Source: Chiloscyllium plagiosum
Lineage: Eukaryota
DNA length: 64,000 bases
Assembly (NCBI RefSeq): GCF_004010195.1
Contig: NC_057728.1
Location: 53,662,990-53,726,989, forward strand
Direction of reading: 5' to 3'
Positions 11,640-25,979 of the stretch are shown here, in pieces; position 1 is the first letter of the stretch; each line of letters begins with the position of its first letter. The notes beneath the pieces were generated by a model. The model saw only the letters and a list, made by a program, of their open reading frames with translations, was not told the origin of the DNA and did not search any database. Position numbers and translations under genes: made by a program.

Positions 11640-13699
11640 GCCAAAGTTTCAGTTAGACATTCTGAATATCCTCTGTCCCCTCCCCTGTCACCTGCTGTAG
11701 GGTAACAAGTAGCCTCTTTAGTTATGTACCTACTATTTGTGTACTCTTCATCCTTGCATATCGATGCTTACTCATCTTCTTATCTCACAGCAGTGGGACT
11801 TCCATAAAGCCACAAGAAACGTGTCTACAGATGGCTGTTACCCTAGGCAGACTATTGCAGTCCAGGACCATGAAAAATGGTTGGGAGCCTGCTGATGACA
11901 GTCCATGATCTGGAGTCCACGCAGCGGTCGCGGGCTGGTGTGATTTCCAGGTAACTGTGCCCATTGGGTCTGCTGGCACAAAGCGCAACATAGCAAGAAG
12001 AGCTATCATTTTATAAAATAAACTTTTTTTTTCCTCCAGATGAGAATTGACAATTGACAGCTTTTGATTTCATATGTTGAGACATTAGCTCTTAATCACT
12101 TCTCTGGGCTATTTGTCCAATAAAAAGTAAACCTTCCAATGGATGAATAATACACATCGTTGTGAAATTTGTTTCTTACAATTGGACTTTTTTTTTACAT
12201 CCATTCTAGCTAGCGCCCAGATCTTAAAACAACGCTGATAACAAACTGCTGGAGATCACAGCAGGTCAGGCAAAACAGCACTTGTCTTAACTTCAGCCTG
12301 AAACTCTGTTACTGAAGGAGTTATGATTAGCATCAGTTCTCCATGCAAATTATTACCAAAGCAAGGGCTATTAGAGCTGTTTAATATGTTTGAAGGACTT
12401 GTTTCATACAGCAAATATAATTGACCTATGATTATCCTGCAGGGTTTTAAAAACTCTAGACACCCGAGCAGAATGTCACTCCGGTAACTATGCAAATGGG
12501 ATATTAAGCATGGCATATTCCAAGTTTCTTTCCTGTTATCTCCTTTCTTTAAATTTCATTCCCTAATGCTGTAATAATTCTTGGATTGATGTAAGTACAG
12601 TCTGGTATTCAATTTATGGGCTTATTCCACCACAACCTGGCAGGCATAATTTAAGAATATCTTCTAAGTTGGTAACGTGACCAAGAAGCAAAGGTACATG
12701 ATGAAGCATGCTTTGCCATTTAATAACATGATAGCAAATGACAAATCCACATTCCATCAACCCTTTCCTTACCAAGAATCTATGTGATCATTCCTTAACT
12801 AGTCAGACTCTGCTTTCAGTGTGTCATTTTAGGCACAGTTCCAAAGACTCATGACCATAAAGTTTCACCTGACACTTGGTTTTCAAGCAGAAACCATACA
12901 TTTTTCATGAGGAAAGCATCTCCACATTTATTCCAACATCCTTTAATGTTTTGTGGTTCCAAGTCATGTCTTGCTCTTAACTCCAACAGACACAAGCCCA
13001 GTCTTTCATCATACATGTTTGCAACACAGAAGGAAACAATTCAGCCTTTGTCTTTGGCCAACAAAGATCTGACTACTCAAATCTCGCATAATCGCTCTGC
13101 TGTATTTTCTGCCATGACCAATGTGGATAAATATTCCTTATGCCTCCTAAACCACCTGTAGCTACTTGCCCTACTACCTTTGGTACCATTCATAGTTCAA
13201 TCTCTCTTGACTTGCTAGCTCTCTGAAGTTGATTTGCCACTCTTCTGCCCATCTGATGACTATTGATATTCAGCATAGTTTATTGCTATCCTTACTGCTA
13301 TCCTCACTGTTTATCATCCTGACAATTTTTGTCATTTGGAAATATCTTGATCATTCACCCAAATTAAGTCCAAATCATAAATGTACACTACAAACTGCAA
13401 AGGCCCCAACACTGAGCCTTATGAAACAACTTGAAAAAAAATTCAAATAATAACCCTATGCTTCCTCCCTCAGCCAATTTTGGATCTAACATGCTTTGGA
13501 CACGATGAGCTTTTTCTTGGCCAGTCTCTCGAGCTATTTTTAGCAAAATACTTTCTGAAGTCACACATAGGCATGTTAAATGCAAACATTTAAAGACCAT
13601 GTAACAATCACGTACCATACGAGTTACATCTTGCAGACCTGAAAAAGATCCCTATAAGCCAGCCAGTACACTACTCCTTCTTACATGATCAGCACTCAT

Positions 13700-15792
13700 T
13701 TTTTGAATTGAATTTATTGTCATGTGTACCAAGGCACAGTGAAAAGCGTTGTCTTGCGAGCCACACAGGCAGATCATAGTTAAGTAGCATAGATAAGTAA
13801 ATAATAGGTAAACAGCAGCAAAAATCAAAACACAGATACAGTTGAATGCTAAGAATTTGTGAGTCCATTCGGTATTCTAACAACAGTAGGGTAGAAACTG
13901 TTTTGAAACTGGCTGTTGTGTGTGCGTGTGTATGTTCAGGCTTCTGTACCTTCTCCCTGATGGTAAAGGTTGTAGAAAAGAATTGGATGGATCTTTGAGA
14001 ATGCTGGCGGCCTTTCCTTGACATAGGGTCTGGTAGATGGATTCCTAAGATGGGAGGTTGGCCTTTGTGATTGTCCGGACTGAGTTCATCACTCTCTCTA
14101 ACAGTCTGCGATGTTGGATGGTACAGTTACCATACCAGGTAGTGATACATCCAGACAGAATTCTCTCTGGCACATCTATAAACGTTGGTAAGGGCATTCA
14201 CCATCATGCCAAGTTTTCTCAGCTGCCTGGGGAAGAAGAGACGTTGTTGGGCCTTTGTAACCAGTGCGTCCACATGAAGAGTCCAAGAAAGACTGTTGAT
14301 GACCACTCCCAGGAGCTTGACACTCTCCACTCGTTCCACCTCTGTGCTGTTAATGTGTAAGGGCATGAGTAACATCACGCCAAAAGTCAGTAATGAGTTC
14401 CTTGGTTTTGCTGACATTGAGAAACTAGGTTGTTGTCAGAGCACTGTTTTTCTAGGTCTTCATCTCACATCTGTAGTTTGTTTCATCGCCATCTGAGATT
14501 CAACCAACTCTGGTGGTGTCATCAGCAAACGTGTAAATGGCATTAGCCTGGTATTTGGCAATGCAGTCATGGGTATACAGCGAGTACAGTAGGGGGCTGA
14601 GTATGCACCCCTGGGGGTGCTCCATTTGTTGAGTGTTAGTGACAATGAAATATTGTCCCCAGTCTTCACTGATTGTGGGCTGTGGGTCAGGAAACTGAGG
14701 ATCCAGTTGCAGAGAGTGGGGCTTAGTCTGAGATCACTAAGTTTAGTAATTAGTCTCCAGGGGAACATAATGTTGAAGTCTGAACTGTAGTCAATGAGTA
14801 GGATTCTTACATAGCTGTTCTTGGTGTCAAGATGTTCTAGAGAGGAGTGAAGGGCAAGTGATATGGCATCTGACGTGGATCTGTTGGTCCGATAGGTAAA
14901 TTGGAGTGGATCAAGATTATTGGGGATGTTAGAGTTGATTAATGCCATGACCAGCCTTTCAAAGCACTTCATGATCACCGAAGTTAGGGCCACTGGGTAG
15001 TCATTGAGACATGCTGCATGAGCTGCCTTAGGCACAGGGATGATATTGACCCTTTTGAAACAGGCAAGGACAGTGGCCTGCTGCAGAGAGAGGTTGAAGA
15101 TGTCCGAGAAGACCTCTGCCAGTTGATCTGTGCATGATCTGAGCACACGGCCTGGTACTCTGTCTGGTCCCATTGCTTTCTTTGTTTTCACACAAAGGAA
15201 AACTGATCTGACCTCTGATGCAGTGACTGTTGGGATAAGTTCATCAGAACTTGTTGGAATGGATGTTACCTCTCTGCCAAAATTCTGCTCAAAGTGAGCA
15301 TAGAAGGTGTTGAGACGATCTGGGAGGGATGTGTCATCATCTGCTATCTTGCACTGTCTCTTTTTAGAACCTGTGATGTCATTCAGTCCTTGCCATAGTC
15401 GCCGGGTATCTGTCTGGGTCTCTTGTTTGGATCAGTATTGGTCCTTGGCTGTCTTAATGGCTCTGCAAAGGTCATACTTGGATTCCTTATAGTTGAGTGG
15501 GTCTACTGATCTGAAGGCCTCTCACCTGGTTTTTAGCAGGTTCCGTATGTCCTGATTCATCGAAAGTTTCCTAATGGGGAACACCCAGATTGACTTCCTC
15601 AGTATGCAGTCCTCCACACACTCACTGATAAAGTCTGTGATGGTAGTGGCGTACTCGTCCAAGATACCTGGGGATTGTTTGAACTTGGCCCAATCAACCG
15701 ATTCCAGACAGCACTGGAGTTGATCCTCTGCCTCCTCCAACCAGCACTGGACCCATATTCCCAAGGGAGTCTCCTGCTTGAGCTTTTGCAGC
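13700..15792 (-). mobile_element. Rex1/Babar-type LINE, 5'-truncated RT pseudogene
   Basis: ORF 14460-15191 reads KAMGPDRVPGRVLRSCTDQLAEVFSDIFNLSL...CLNDYPVALTSVIMKCFERLV...DPLQFTYRTNRSTSDAI...YVRILLIDYSSDFN; FADDT at about 14515-14529; 'KAQQRLFF..QLRK' downstream; aataaattcaattcaa tail. Confidence 0.9.
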
Positions 15793-16575
15793 TGGGAGAA
15801 GAAACATATCAATAGAAACATGGCATTGTGTTCAGAGTTCCCGAAGTTTGCGGTGGGGGGAGCAGTGCTCTAAAATGTTCGGGCCCCTGGTGGAGAGGAT
15901 AACGTTCTGGTGGAACTTGGACACCACCTACCTTAGATTGGCTTGATTGAATTCGCCAGTTACAATAAACAGGCTTTGGAATGTGCTGTCTCCAGGGTGT
16001 TATTGATGGAGTACAGCACATCCAGAGCTTCCTCAACCTATGTTGGAGGCAGTTTTCTGTAACTCTTTTATTCAAATGGCTTCCTGTGGCAGGGTGGGTC
16101 AGAATTTCAAGCCCTGCAATGTCTTCCTATGTTGAAAAGGAAGTTCTTAAAATAGTGTTTACAAATGAACTTGAAAATCTTAACAAGTACTACAGAGCGA
16201 TTGACCACTTTAATGTTTCTAATAAGCAACCTTACAATCTGTTAGCATTACATCTAACCCTAAGTCTATCGCTTTACCCAAAAGGTATGCCTGAGAACAG
16301 AAATCAGCCCAGTGTGATAAGAGTGAGAAGGAAGAGAATGCCAATAAGGAGGCAACTAATCTTAGAAGAACTGGTTGCTGAAGTACTGAATTCAGGTGCC
16401 TTCTGACCAAAGTTTGTAAATTTCTTAGTAAGGTTTATTGTATTTAACTATAATTTAACCAAATCATTACCAAAGAGGGTACTTCAGTGTGACTGAGTCC
16501 ATGAACTACCAGCTGTTGGTTAGTTAGGGTTTGGCAGGAACGTGGTCCACAAAGTCTTGATCCTCCAACTGTCTG

Positions 16576-16620
16576 CCCAGAATATTGCAAATTTCTACCC
16601 AGAATATTGCAAATTTCTAC
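16576..16620. repeat. 22-bp tandem duplication
   Basis: cccagaatattgcaaatttcta x2. Confidence 0.85.
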
Positions 16621-17349
16621 TGTCCACTGGTCTGAACACTTTGTATGGAGCCGGCCTCAACAATATGCTTTGGTCCTCCAGTTTTTAGAGAAAAACCACT
16701 AAACCTACATGCTGATTGGACATGCATTTGGGACAGTTGCATTAGTGGCATTCACTGCAATACCAATGCATGTCACCATTTCTGATTCTGTTTATAGTAA
16801 GAGGTGTTGGAAAAGCAGATTCTTAATTAACATTCTTGGTGTTAAGTTCCAGACTGAATTTAATAAAAACTTTGGAACTTAACTGTCTGAAATAGGGCAG
16901 TCACATTTCACAAATCTGGTTTAGCCTGTGGTCAGGTGGACGAGACTGAGTGAGGTAGATACGGGGATCCAGATGGTAGCATTGGAAGAGCTTCAACCTT
17001 TGAGTTGCCTAGCAGGTTCATGGTTTTTGCACCCCATGTGGATTAAGAACAGGAACTGCAGTGCAGGTGAAAACATTAATCACGCCATCATGACATGGGG
17101 CCACTCCAAGTTCGGGTGTGTTGTTGTTGTCTTTCAGAGAAAAGAATATTGGGGAGGAGAAGAGAATATTCTCTACAGCTGAGACTGTTGCTTGTTCACT
17201 CTAACAAATATGCACTTATTTTGGTTTCTGCTTTTGTCTTCCAGTTACTTACCCTTAAATATCAACCTAGTGTATTTTCATTCAAGTACAAATACTTAAT
17301 TGTGATTAACTGCTTATTCTGCTTGATATAACTGGACATCAGACAATAG

Positions 17350-17545
17350 TTGAGAGTGTGATGCTGGAAACGCACAGCAGGTCAGGCAGCATCCAAGGAG
17401 CAGGAGAGAGAGGCCTCATTCCTGATGAAGCACTTATGCCTGAAATGTCGATGCTGCTGCTCCTTGGATGCTGCCTGACCTGCTATGCTTTTCCAGCACC
17501 ACACTCTCAACTCTGATCTCCAGCATTTGCAATCCTCACTTTCTG
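17350..17545. mobile_element. Hairpin-shaped Penelope pLTR insertion with an 18-bp target duplication
   Basis: Inverted arms gagagtgtgatgctggaaa...gcagcatcc / ggatgctgcc...ttccagcaccacactctc; decayed hammerhead CTGATGAAGCACTTATGCCTGAAA; flanks ctggacatca(g/a)acaatag at 17332-17349 and 17546-17563. Confidence 0.75.
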
Positions 17546-18089
17546 CTGGACATCAAACAATAGACATGATTTGGTGCCAGATTCAAATTAATCTTGCTGA
17601 AGTGGAAGTTTACACTACAACGTTATTTTTGCATTTGCTGGTCTCAAAGCAAGTTAATTGCCGTGAGGTAGAAAAAGCTGTATTTTGTATTCATTTACAA
17701 TTTCTACTGTTTCAGATGTCTGTATACATAGTGACTCCCTATTAGTGTGTCAAACTTGCACGATTTAATGATTCCACTTTAGGATTTAGTTTTGTAGGCT
17801 ATTGCTATTATAAGCTGTGTTTTTCCCAACAGATCTTCTGCCTACTTTTAATTTCTCATGTGACATGGGCATTGCTGGCAGACCACTTATTGCCTGTTTG
17901 TAGTTGTTGGGGTTTGGAAGATGCTTTCCAAGGATCTCTGACAAACTTTTGCAGTGCATCTTTGTCGATGGTATGCACTGCTGCTACTAAGGTGGTGGAG
18001 GGAGTGGATGCTTATGGGTGTGGTGCCAATCAAGTGGGCTGTTTTGACCTGAATGGTCTAACAGCCCGATTGTTGGCAGTGCACTCAAA

Positions 18090-19165
18090 GAGTAAAACAT
18101 ACAGCACAGCAACAGGCACTTATGTGCACCAAGACTGTACTGACACATGATGCTTTTCTGTACAAAACCTTTTTTGCCCCTATATAGTCATATCCGTCCA
18201 TTCCTTGCCTAATCAGGTATCTGTAAAGATGCCTCCTAAATGTTGCTGTTGTATCTGCCTTAACCTCCTCTGGCCATCCAGTACTTACCAACCTCCAAGG
18301 CAGAGAAGGTGTTGCCTCATCTCCTTTAAACCTGCCCCTTACCTTAAACTTGTGTTCTCTAGTAACTGACGTTTCTATGGTGCTGAGGGTTATGGGGAGG
18401 GGAGGAGATGAAGAGAGACTCTGACTTTCTATAATGCCTCTTGTAATTTTGTAAAATTCGATCAGGTCGCCTGTCAGCCTCTGACCTTCAAGTGGAAACA
18501 AACCAAGTTTGTCCAATCTCTCCTCGTGGTTAATACCTTCCAAGCCAGGCAAAATCTTGGTAAACTGTTTCTGTGCCCTCTCCAAAGCCTGCACAATTTT
18601 GTACAGTGACCGGAACTGTACACAATATTCCAAGTATGACCTAACTAAAGTTTTGTACAGCTGCGATATTACTTTTATACCCTATGCTATGATTGAGGGC
18701 AAGCATGCTATATGTGCCTTGAGCACCTTATCTACTTGTGTTGCCACTTTCAGGGAACTGTGGACCTGATATGCTTAGATCTCTTTTTTTTTAATGCTAC
18801 TAATGGTTCATTTACTGTATATTTCCTTCCTGCATTACATCTTCCAACATGTATCACCTCACTTGTCTAGATTAAATTGTATCGCCATTTTTCCCCTGAA
18901 ATTGCTAGCCTATCTGTATGCTATGGCAAGCCTCCCATTATCCACAGTTCCCCCATATTTGTCGTTAGGCCATCTACACCTTCCTCAATCGCTATACAAA
19001 CAACATGGGTCCCAGCACTGATACCTGCAGAGCACCACTGGCTACAAATCTCTAGTCAGAAAAATACACTTCCATTGTCACTCCATTATCTATGACTAAA
19101 CCAGTTCTGTATCCATCTTATCAGCTCACCACAGATCCTATGTGACTTTGCAACCTTTTTGTATC
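18090..19165 (-). mobile_element. CR1 LINE 3' remnant
   Basis: ORF 18085-18633: EYCVQF...LERAQKQFTKILPGLEG...EERLDKLGLF...GDLIEFYKI. Confidence 0.85.
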
Positions 19166-19169
19166 CCAC

Positions 19170-20280
19170 GCAAGTGGGGATTTTCCACCAACACACTCTT
19201 GATCTGTGTCTTGTAGTTGGCGGATAGACTGTTGGTAGTCAAAGGTGAGTTGTTAGCTTCAGCATTCCTACCAACCACTACTTATATGGTAAATCTAATT
19301 GGGTTTCTCATCAGTGGTCCCCCTCAGAATGTAAATGGGGATTTAATGATTCGTGATGCAAATTGAGTGTCAAAGGCCTGTCTCTTGAACATGATAATCG
19401 CCTGGCATCTGTGTGGTACAAGTGTTACTTGCCACTTGTCAGCTTAAGCCTTTTATATTCAGATCTTACTGCATTTGAGCATGGACTGCTTTGGTATCTG
19501 AGGAGTTGTGAATGGTGCTGAACACTTGTGCAGTCATTGAAAAAGGTTTCCAGTTTATGATGGGAATTAGCTGAAATGTTTGGATCGAGGACACTAACCT
19601 GAATTCCTGCAAATCATTCTTGGAGTGGAGGTCAGTGACCTGCAAACGTCTTCCAGTGTGTCTCCAATTCCTATTGATTCCAGTTTTGCTGGAGTTCCTT
19701 CATACTGTACTCCAGTCAAATGCAACCTTGACATCAAGGGCTGTCACCTCCCTTCTGGGATTCAACCATTGGTTTATGTTTGAGTCAGGGCTATAATGAG
19801 GTCAGGAGCAGAGTGGCCCTGACAGAATCCAAACTGGGTGTCAATGAGCAAGCTTTTGCTAAGCAGATGCTGCTTGATGAAACCTTCCATCCCTTCACTA
19901 ATAAAGATTATACTGGGGCAGTAATTAGCAAGGTTAATTTGTGCAGCTTCTTGTCTACAGGACATATCGAGATAATTTTTCATTGTCAAGTGGATGCCAG
20001 TACAGCTGTACTGGAACAGCTTTAAGGGAGCAGCAAGTTCTGGAGCACAAGTCCTTCTTGCCATTGCCAGAATGTTGTCAGGACCCATAACCTTTGCTGT
20101 AGCCAAAGCCTCCAACCACTTTCATGTGGAGTGAATCAAATTGGCTGAAAACCAGCATCTGTGATACTGTGGACAATTGGAGGAGGCTGAGATAGATCAT
20201 TCATTGCCACTTTCTGGCTGAGGATTATTGTGAATGCTTCAGCCTTTATGGTGTATAATGCAGGGCTTCCCCATTTCCAG
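19170..20280 (-). mobile_element. Old CR1/L2-group LINE RT remnant
   Basis: ORF 19774-20115: KVMGPDNI...CAPELAAPL.LFQYS...ANYCP...QFGFCQGHSAPDLI. Confidence 0.75.
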
Positions 20281-20984
20281 TGAGTTTAATTGTAGCAGGA
20301 ATGCATAGTCTCTTTCCACCCTCCTGCCCAAGTATTATTTAAATTTCACATCTGCCTTATCATTTTAAACCCTGGTCCATAACTATAAGTAAGGAAGGAA
20401 GAAATAATAGGAATGCTTTCAGAAAGAAAATTGAGATTCAATATCACTAAAAATATCGAAGTCCCTAGGTTATGACAGTTTCATTGGAGAGGATTCATTC
20501 AGGAAGGCACTGTTCATAGAGCATGTGGGGATTAAGTTGAAGTATTGGATAAAATATCAGCACCTATCTGCCTTGCATTTACCACATTGTTGCATCATGT
20601 TGGAATGATCATCACTTTTACCCACTGAACCAACTGCAAGCAGGTCATCCTCCATCCTGAGGGATTTCTGGAGGGAAAAAAGAGAATGTCATCCTTGGTT
20701 AGCTTGTACAATTGTTTCAACACACACTGCAGTTTAAGGCCAAGTGCAAATTGCTTTACACAGCAGTGAATACGCTGAGCAATAGTTGTAAACATTATGC
20801 AAGTCAAAACAACTGATGTTTCAGTTATGGGGTGACTTGAGTGTCTATTTCAAACTGTCAAAAACTTCCTTAGGAGCATAGGTCATTTAGTCCCTCAAGC
20901 CTGCTCCACAGGCCTAGATCCTGGCTGTTCACCTCCGTCAACATATTCCAGTACTCACCATATCTTTGGTTATTAGTTATGGGT

Positions 20985-21242
20985 AGGACAGCGCCAGGAA
21001 TCTGGGTTCGATTCCACCCTCGGGTGTGGAGTTTGCATATTCTCCCCGTGTCTGTTTGGATTTCCTCTGGTGTTCTGGTTTCTACCCACAGTTCAAAGAT
21101 ATGCAGTTTGGGTAAATTGACCCAGGATGTGAGGGAAATGCAGGGTCACAGGGGTAGGGTAGAAGGGACCCACACTTTGGGTCAGTGTGGACTTGATGAG
21201 CCGAATGCCCTGCTTCCAAGTGGTTGGGGTTCTATGATTCTA
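20985..21242 (+). mobile_element. HE1-like V-SINE, degraded
   Basis: gggttcgatt (B-box) followed by gtgtggagtttgcatattctccccgtgtctg and a ttctatgattcta tail. Confidence 0.7.
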
Positions 21243-21479
21243 AAGTCTAAATCCCGTTTTGAATTTGTGAATTCAAGGAGACATGGTAGAATGGGGCCTC
21301 TATTTCCCAGCTTCATATGAACAGTATTCATACCAGTTTATTGAGGAACTTTTTTGTTGGGCCATCTGATTAAACCTCTGCACATGAATACGGGTAAAGT
21401 CTCCCAGAAATCGAAGGGAATTGTGAAAATGAGAAATTGGCATTAATAAAGCTGTAGTATTCCAAATTTTAATTGTAGG

Positions 21480-23050
21480 TTGATGACTTATCCGGGACCA
21501 GTTAAGTAACACTCCAGAATATTTGGAGACCATAGATACATTAATGGTTACCTTGCTAAGGTTCTGGAATGGTTCCTGCAGATGGGAATGTAGAAAAGTA
21601 ACCCAACTCTTTCAGAAAGAAAGGCGTGAAAGAATATTTAGAACTAAGTCCTATTTGCACTGGTGAAAATAATCCATATCAATCTCACAGCATGGATACT
21701 TGCATCATGTTGACTCTGCCTAGACTACTTTCTATGAAGGAGACAGGCCTTGCAGTTTTAAAATGATTTGTAGCACAAAACAACCAGTGAATATGGTGTA
21801 TATGGATTTTCAGGTGGTTTTCAATAAAGTCTTAACAAGAAGTTAGTAAACAATTAAAGTCCATCAGATTGGGATGAAAAGAACTTGTCAATGGATCATT
21901 CGTCAAGCTGACAGACATGACTAGTCAGGTGCTGCAAGGAGCAGTGCTGGGTTACAGCTGTTCAGTCTGTCTGTACATCTAAATCAATGTAATTTTCATA
22001 CTTGTTGAACCAAAATTAATTGAGAATATGTTCTGAGGAGCATGTAAAGAGGATTTAACGGGAATTCAACAGTAATTGGGTAGGAACCTCCTTGGTGTTG
22101 CAACCTCAGAGACAGCTTTTGTCAGAAGTGACGTTCTGAGTCCAGTCAACAGCAATGGGGGCTGCTTCAGCATGCTTCTTGCTTGGTGTTGCATCCTCAG
22201 GGAATGGTGTGGCAGTGTCCCTTGGCCTCCTAGGAAATCAGGAAACTATGAATGGAACAAGAAATGTATTTTGTTCTAACTTTGTATGATTGATTCCTTT
22301 TCATAGTTTATGTAATTAAAATGGTGCTGGCTTATGGTGACTTGTATACATTTTACTGTATTTTATAACTACTTGTAACAATAAATTATTGCCATTAACG
22401 TGACCAAATAATGTGATTGAGTGTGATGTTATCCACTTCAGAACACAGGTTTTTCTTAGATGGAGAGATGGATCCAAAAGAACCTTGTTCATGAGTTACA
22501 CAGTAGCATGCAGGTGAGAAGGCAAATGCTTTGTTGGCCTTTATCACCAAAGGATTTAATGACAAGAGTAAAGATGCCTTTCTGCAATTTATATAGAACT
22601 TTGAGATCTAATCTAGAATGCACAGTTTTGGTCTCCTTATCCAAGGAAGGATGAATTTGTTGGAGTGCAAATGAAGTGCCAAATTGATTCTTTGGATAGC
22701 AGGGTTTTCTTGAGAAGAGATTGGGTGGGAAAATAATCCATGTTCTCTCCTAGTTTTTGAAGAATGAGGGGTAATCAAAACATGCATTCTTCTGAACTGT
22801 GATGTGAATTGGATGCTGCCTCTGACTGGTGAGTGTAGATCGGCAGCACTAGAAACAGGCCATTTTAAGATTGATAATCCCCACACTCCATAGGGTGGTG
22901 CGTCTTGGGAATTCTGTATCCCAGGGGGCTGTGGAAGCTCAACAGTTGAGCATGTTCAAAACAGATTTCTGGACACGAATGGCATTAAGAAATTTGTGTA
23001 TTATGGTGAAAAATAGTGTCTAGGATAGATAATCATGATGAACTTCTATA
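21480..23050 (+). mobile_element. Highly degraded CR1 ORF2 fragments
   Basis: gtgtatatggattttcag (VYMDF) near 21800; aggcaaatgc..ttggcctttat and gtctccttatccaaggaaggat 3' ORF2 blocks at 22500-23000. Confidence 0.55.
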
Positions 23051-24376
23051 GGATCGAGATGGCACTGACATCATGTGACTACTTGCGACCTTCCTACAGA
23101 ACTAATACTAATATTTATTATAACCGTTCCACGCATTTTTTAACTTAAATTCTGAATCTAAAGATTACTAATTTCTTACAAATATTGCTGGTCTTGCTTA
23201 TGTTGATCTTGCCTAGAGCACACCCTGTGTGATGTAACTTGTATGCCTCTGTCTAGTTTTCTTTTCACCCTATGATCTGTACGCCCCTGCTTACTATGAT
23301 CTGCCTGTACTTCTTGTGAAAAAAGCTTTTCATTATACTGACAATAAACCAATCAGTCATTCAGAAGGAGCTTGATGACCCAAGTTTCTATATCTGACAC
23401 TTAAATCTGTCCTCTAAATTTCGGAACTGAGACACATTACCCACTTATACAGTTTGAGAATTTTAGCTTCATAAACTAGTGTCTATATTTTCGACACTTC
23501 AGGGAGGGGAAAAGATGCCTGGTGATTCCATCCCCAGGAAGCAGTCTGGAACTTGGTAAATCAAATTTAGCCTGTGGTCCAAGAAAAAGTGTGACCTGAG
23601 TAGAGTATAGGGCCACCTAATGTTACTGCTGGACAAGTCCAGATCCCAGATGAAAAGTGGCATAATAGATCTTTTTATTTTAAAATGAGTGTTAACTGAA
23701 ATGCAACACACTTCTGATTATTTTTTTAACAATTAACAAGTTTATCACAAGGAAAAATGTCTTCCATGAATACACAATCTAAAAAACTTGTCTTAAATGT
23801 TTCAATCTACTGGTTTCTAACCACTCCTACTCTGGAAATTTAGGATGTTAATGTACGTGTGCCTCTGTTTTAAAATCCAAATCCTAAAATATAATACACC
23901 TTCCATCACAAATGTGCAAAATTTTCTAATATGTCCTCTCCACAAGCCAATTATCACCTCATCAGCAGTTGACAGTGCAATCAAGTTGCATTTGATCAAC
24001 AGTGAACTAAGCACTGATGCTATTTAGGATTCATCAGACCCCTTCAACATTTCCACCTCAGCTCATTGTCCATATTTCAACCAAGGCAGCAAAAAGCTGA
24101 GTTGCAACATTTGACTGGGCTATTGAAGAGTCGGGGCAAATTGAAGTCGTTGGAATGGGGTCTTACCACTGATTAGTCCTACCTGGCACAGAGGAGAATG
24201 ACTACACTAATCATCCTACTCCCAGCACATGATTGCGAGAGAGAGTAGCTTTTTAATTGTCATTTCTACCATATACAACTGATTCGGTAAAAATGACACA
24301 GCATTCCTCCAGGACCAAAGGTGCGACATGGACAGTACAAACTACACAATCATACATTGCATAAAGTGCATAAGAT

Positions 24377-24672
24377 GGGCAGCACGGTGGCACAGTGGTT
24401 AGCACTGCAGCCTCACAGCACCAGAGACCCAGGTTCAATTCCCGCCTCAGGCGACTCTGTGTGGAGTTTGCACATTCTCCCCGTGTCTGTGTGGGTTTCC
24501 TCCAAGTGCTCCAGTTTCCTCCCACAATCCAAAAATGTGCAGGTCAGGTGAATTGGCCATGCTAAATTGCCCCTAGTGTTAGGTGAAAGGGTAAGTGTAG
24601 GGGAATGGGTCTGGGTGGGTTGCGCTTCGGTGGGCCGAAGGGCCTGTTTCCACACTAATCTAATCTATTCTA
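24377..24672 (+). mobile_element. HE1-like V-SINE, near full length
   Basis: tRNA-derived head with A-box (tggcacagtgg) and B-box (ggttcaattcc), V-domain, and ctaatctaatcta tail. Confidence 0.88.
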
Positions 24673-25979
24673 AAGTGCAAAACTTGCAAGTTACAATGTA
24701 ATAGAAGAATGATAAATAATGGACATTTTTCCAGCAGCAATTCGAAGTCTTGCAAAGGATTTAAAATGGGAAAGAGTCTGATCATACTGTGTTCAGGAGC
24801 ATGATGGTTTTCGGGGAAAAAACTTGCACAGTCTAGCCATGAGAGACCAAATGCTCCAATATCTTCTGCCAGGTGGCAAGAGGGAGAAGAGTTTGAGTGA
24901 GAAGTTTATGGAGTCTTCCACAATGCTCTTAGCCTTTCGGATACAGCGTATGGTGTAATGGAGGGAAGGGAGAGCCTGATGATCATCTTAGCTGTTCATT
25001 AAGGTGGTGGCTTGGTATGGGAAAGCAGGGTTTAAACCCATTTAAACCTGCGTTCCCTTGGTATTCCATATGTTACACAGGAATAAGACCTTCTAGTACT
25101 AACTAGCTTTCTATCAGTGTAAATGAGATTTACCAGGCAACACCTAGTGCAATACTCCTGAAAATAAGGTTGTGCTCTTGGAAGGATATTGGCAAAGGGA
25201 CTGTGGTCACCTGAATTGTTGAACAATGATCATTGGCTAAAAGAATTCAGAATTCACACCTGTCCCTAGAAATAGACTTTATCAACAAGTGTACAGAGGC
25301 ACTGGGTAATCCTTGGAGAACCAACATTGTGATGGAAGAGCTGGACGGTTGCTGCCTTCACAACTTTAGTAACACCAACACATTTCACACTGAAGGCTGT
25401 TTGTCTTCTTGTATCAGTGTCATGGCTGTATATTTTGTCTAACTATATTTCCGATCTAAACTTCTCTAAATTCAAATGATCAAATTGGCTACAAGTTGTC
25501 AACTGCCTATTTTAGGTAATTATAATCAAACCCGTCTTCCATCCCCTCAAAAAAAATCATCACAAGGATCAACCAATTTCACTTCAGTTATCAATGACCT
25601 TTCTTCCAACATAAGGTCAAAAGTGGTAACATTTGATGTTCAAAACTATTTCAATTCCTCTGATCTGACACACTTCATGTCTATACGTGGCAAGACCTAG
25701 GCAATATGCTGCCTTGGGCTGAGAAGTGGCATGCAATGTTTGTGTCTTATGAGTGCCAGATAATGATTGGATCATTGCCAAGAGGACAGAATCTAGCCAT
25801 CCCTCATGACATTCAGTGCCATTACAATCTCTGAATTCTTCCACTATTAACATCCTGAGGGTTACCATTGACCAGAAACTGACCTGGATCAGTCATAAGT
25901 ATTGTGGCTACAACAGCAGGTCAGTTAAGAGCACAACCACTTAACTGAGCCCAGACAAAGCCCAGAATTACCTAGTAGT

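Noticed and set aside
10623..12039. Intronic snoRNA or miRNA in the putative non-coding host transcript
   Set aside because: I found no convincing C/D box pair with a terminal stem, H/ACA layout or precursor hairpin by eye.
15981..16406. 141-aa ORF next to the Rex1 5' end
   Set aside because: No recognisable motif, promoter or splice support; probably chance or repeat-derived.
24377..24450. tRNA-like A-box and B-box sequence
   Set aside because: It is the head of a V-SINE and does not form a full cloverleaf.
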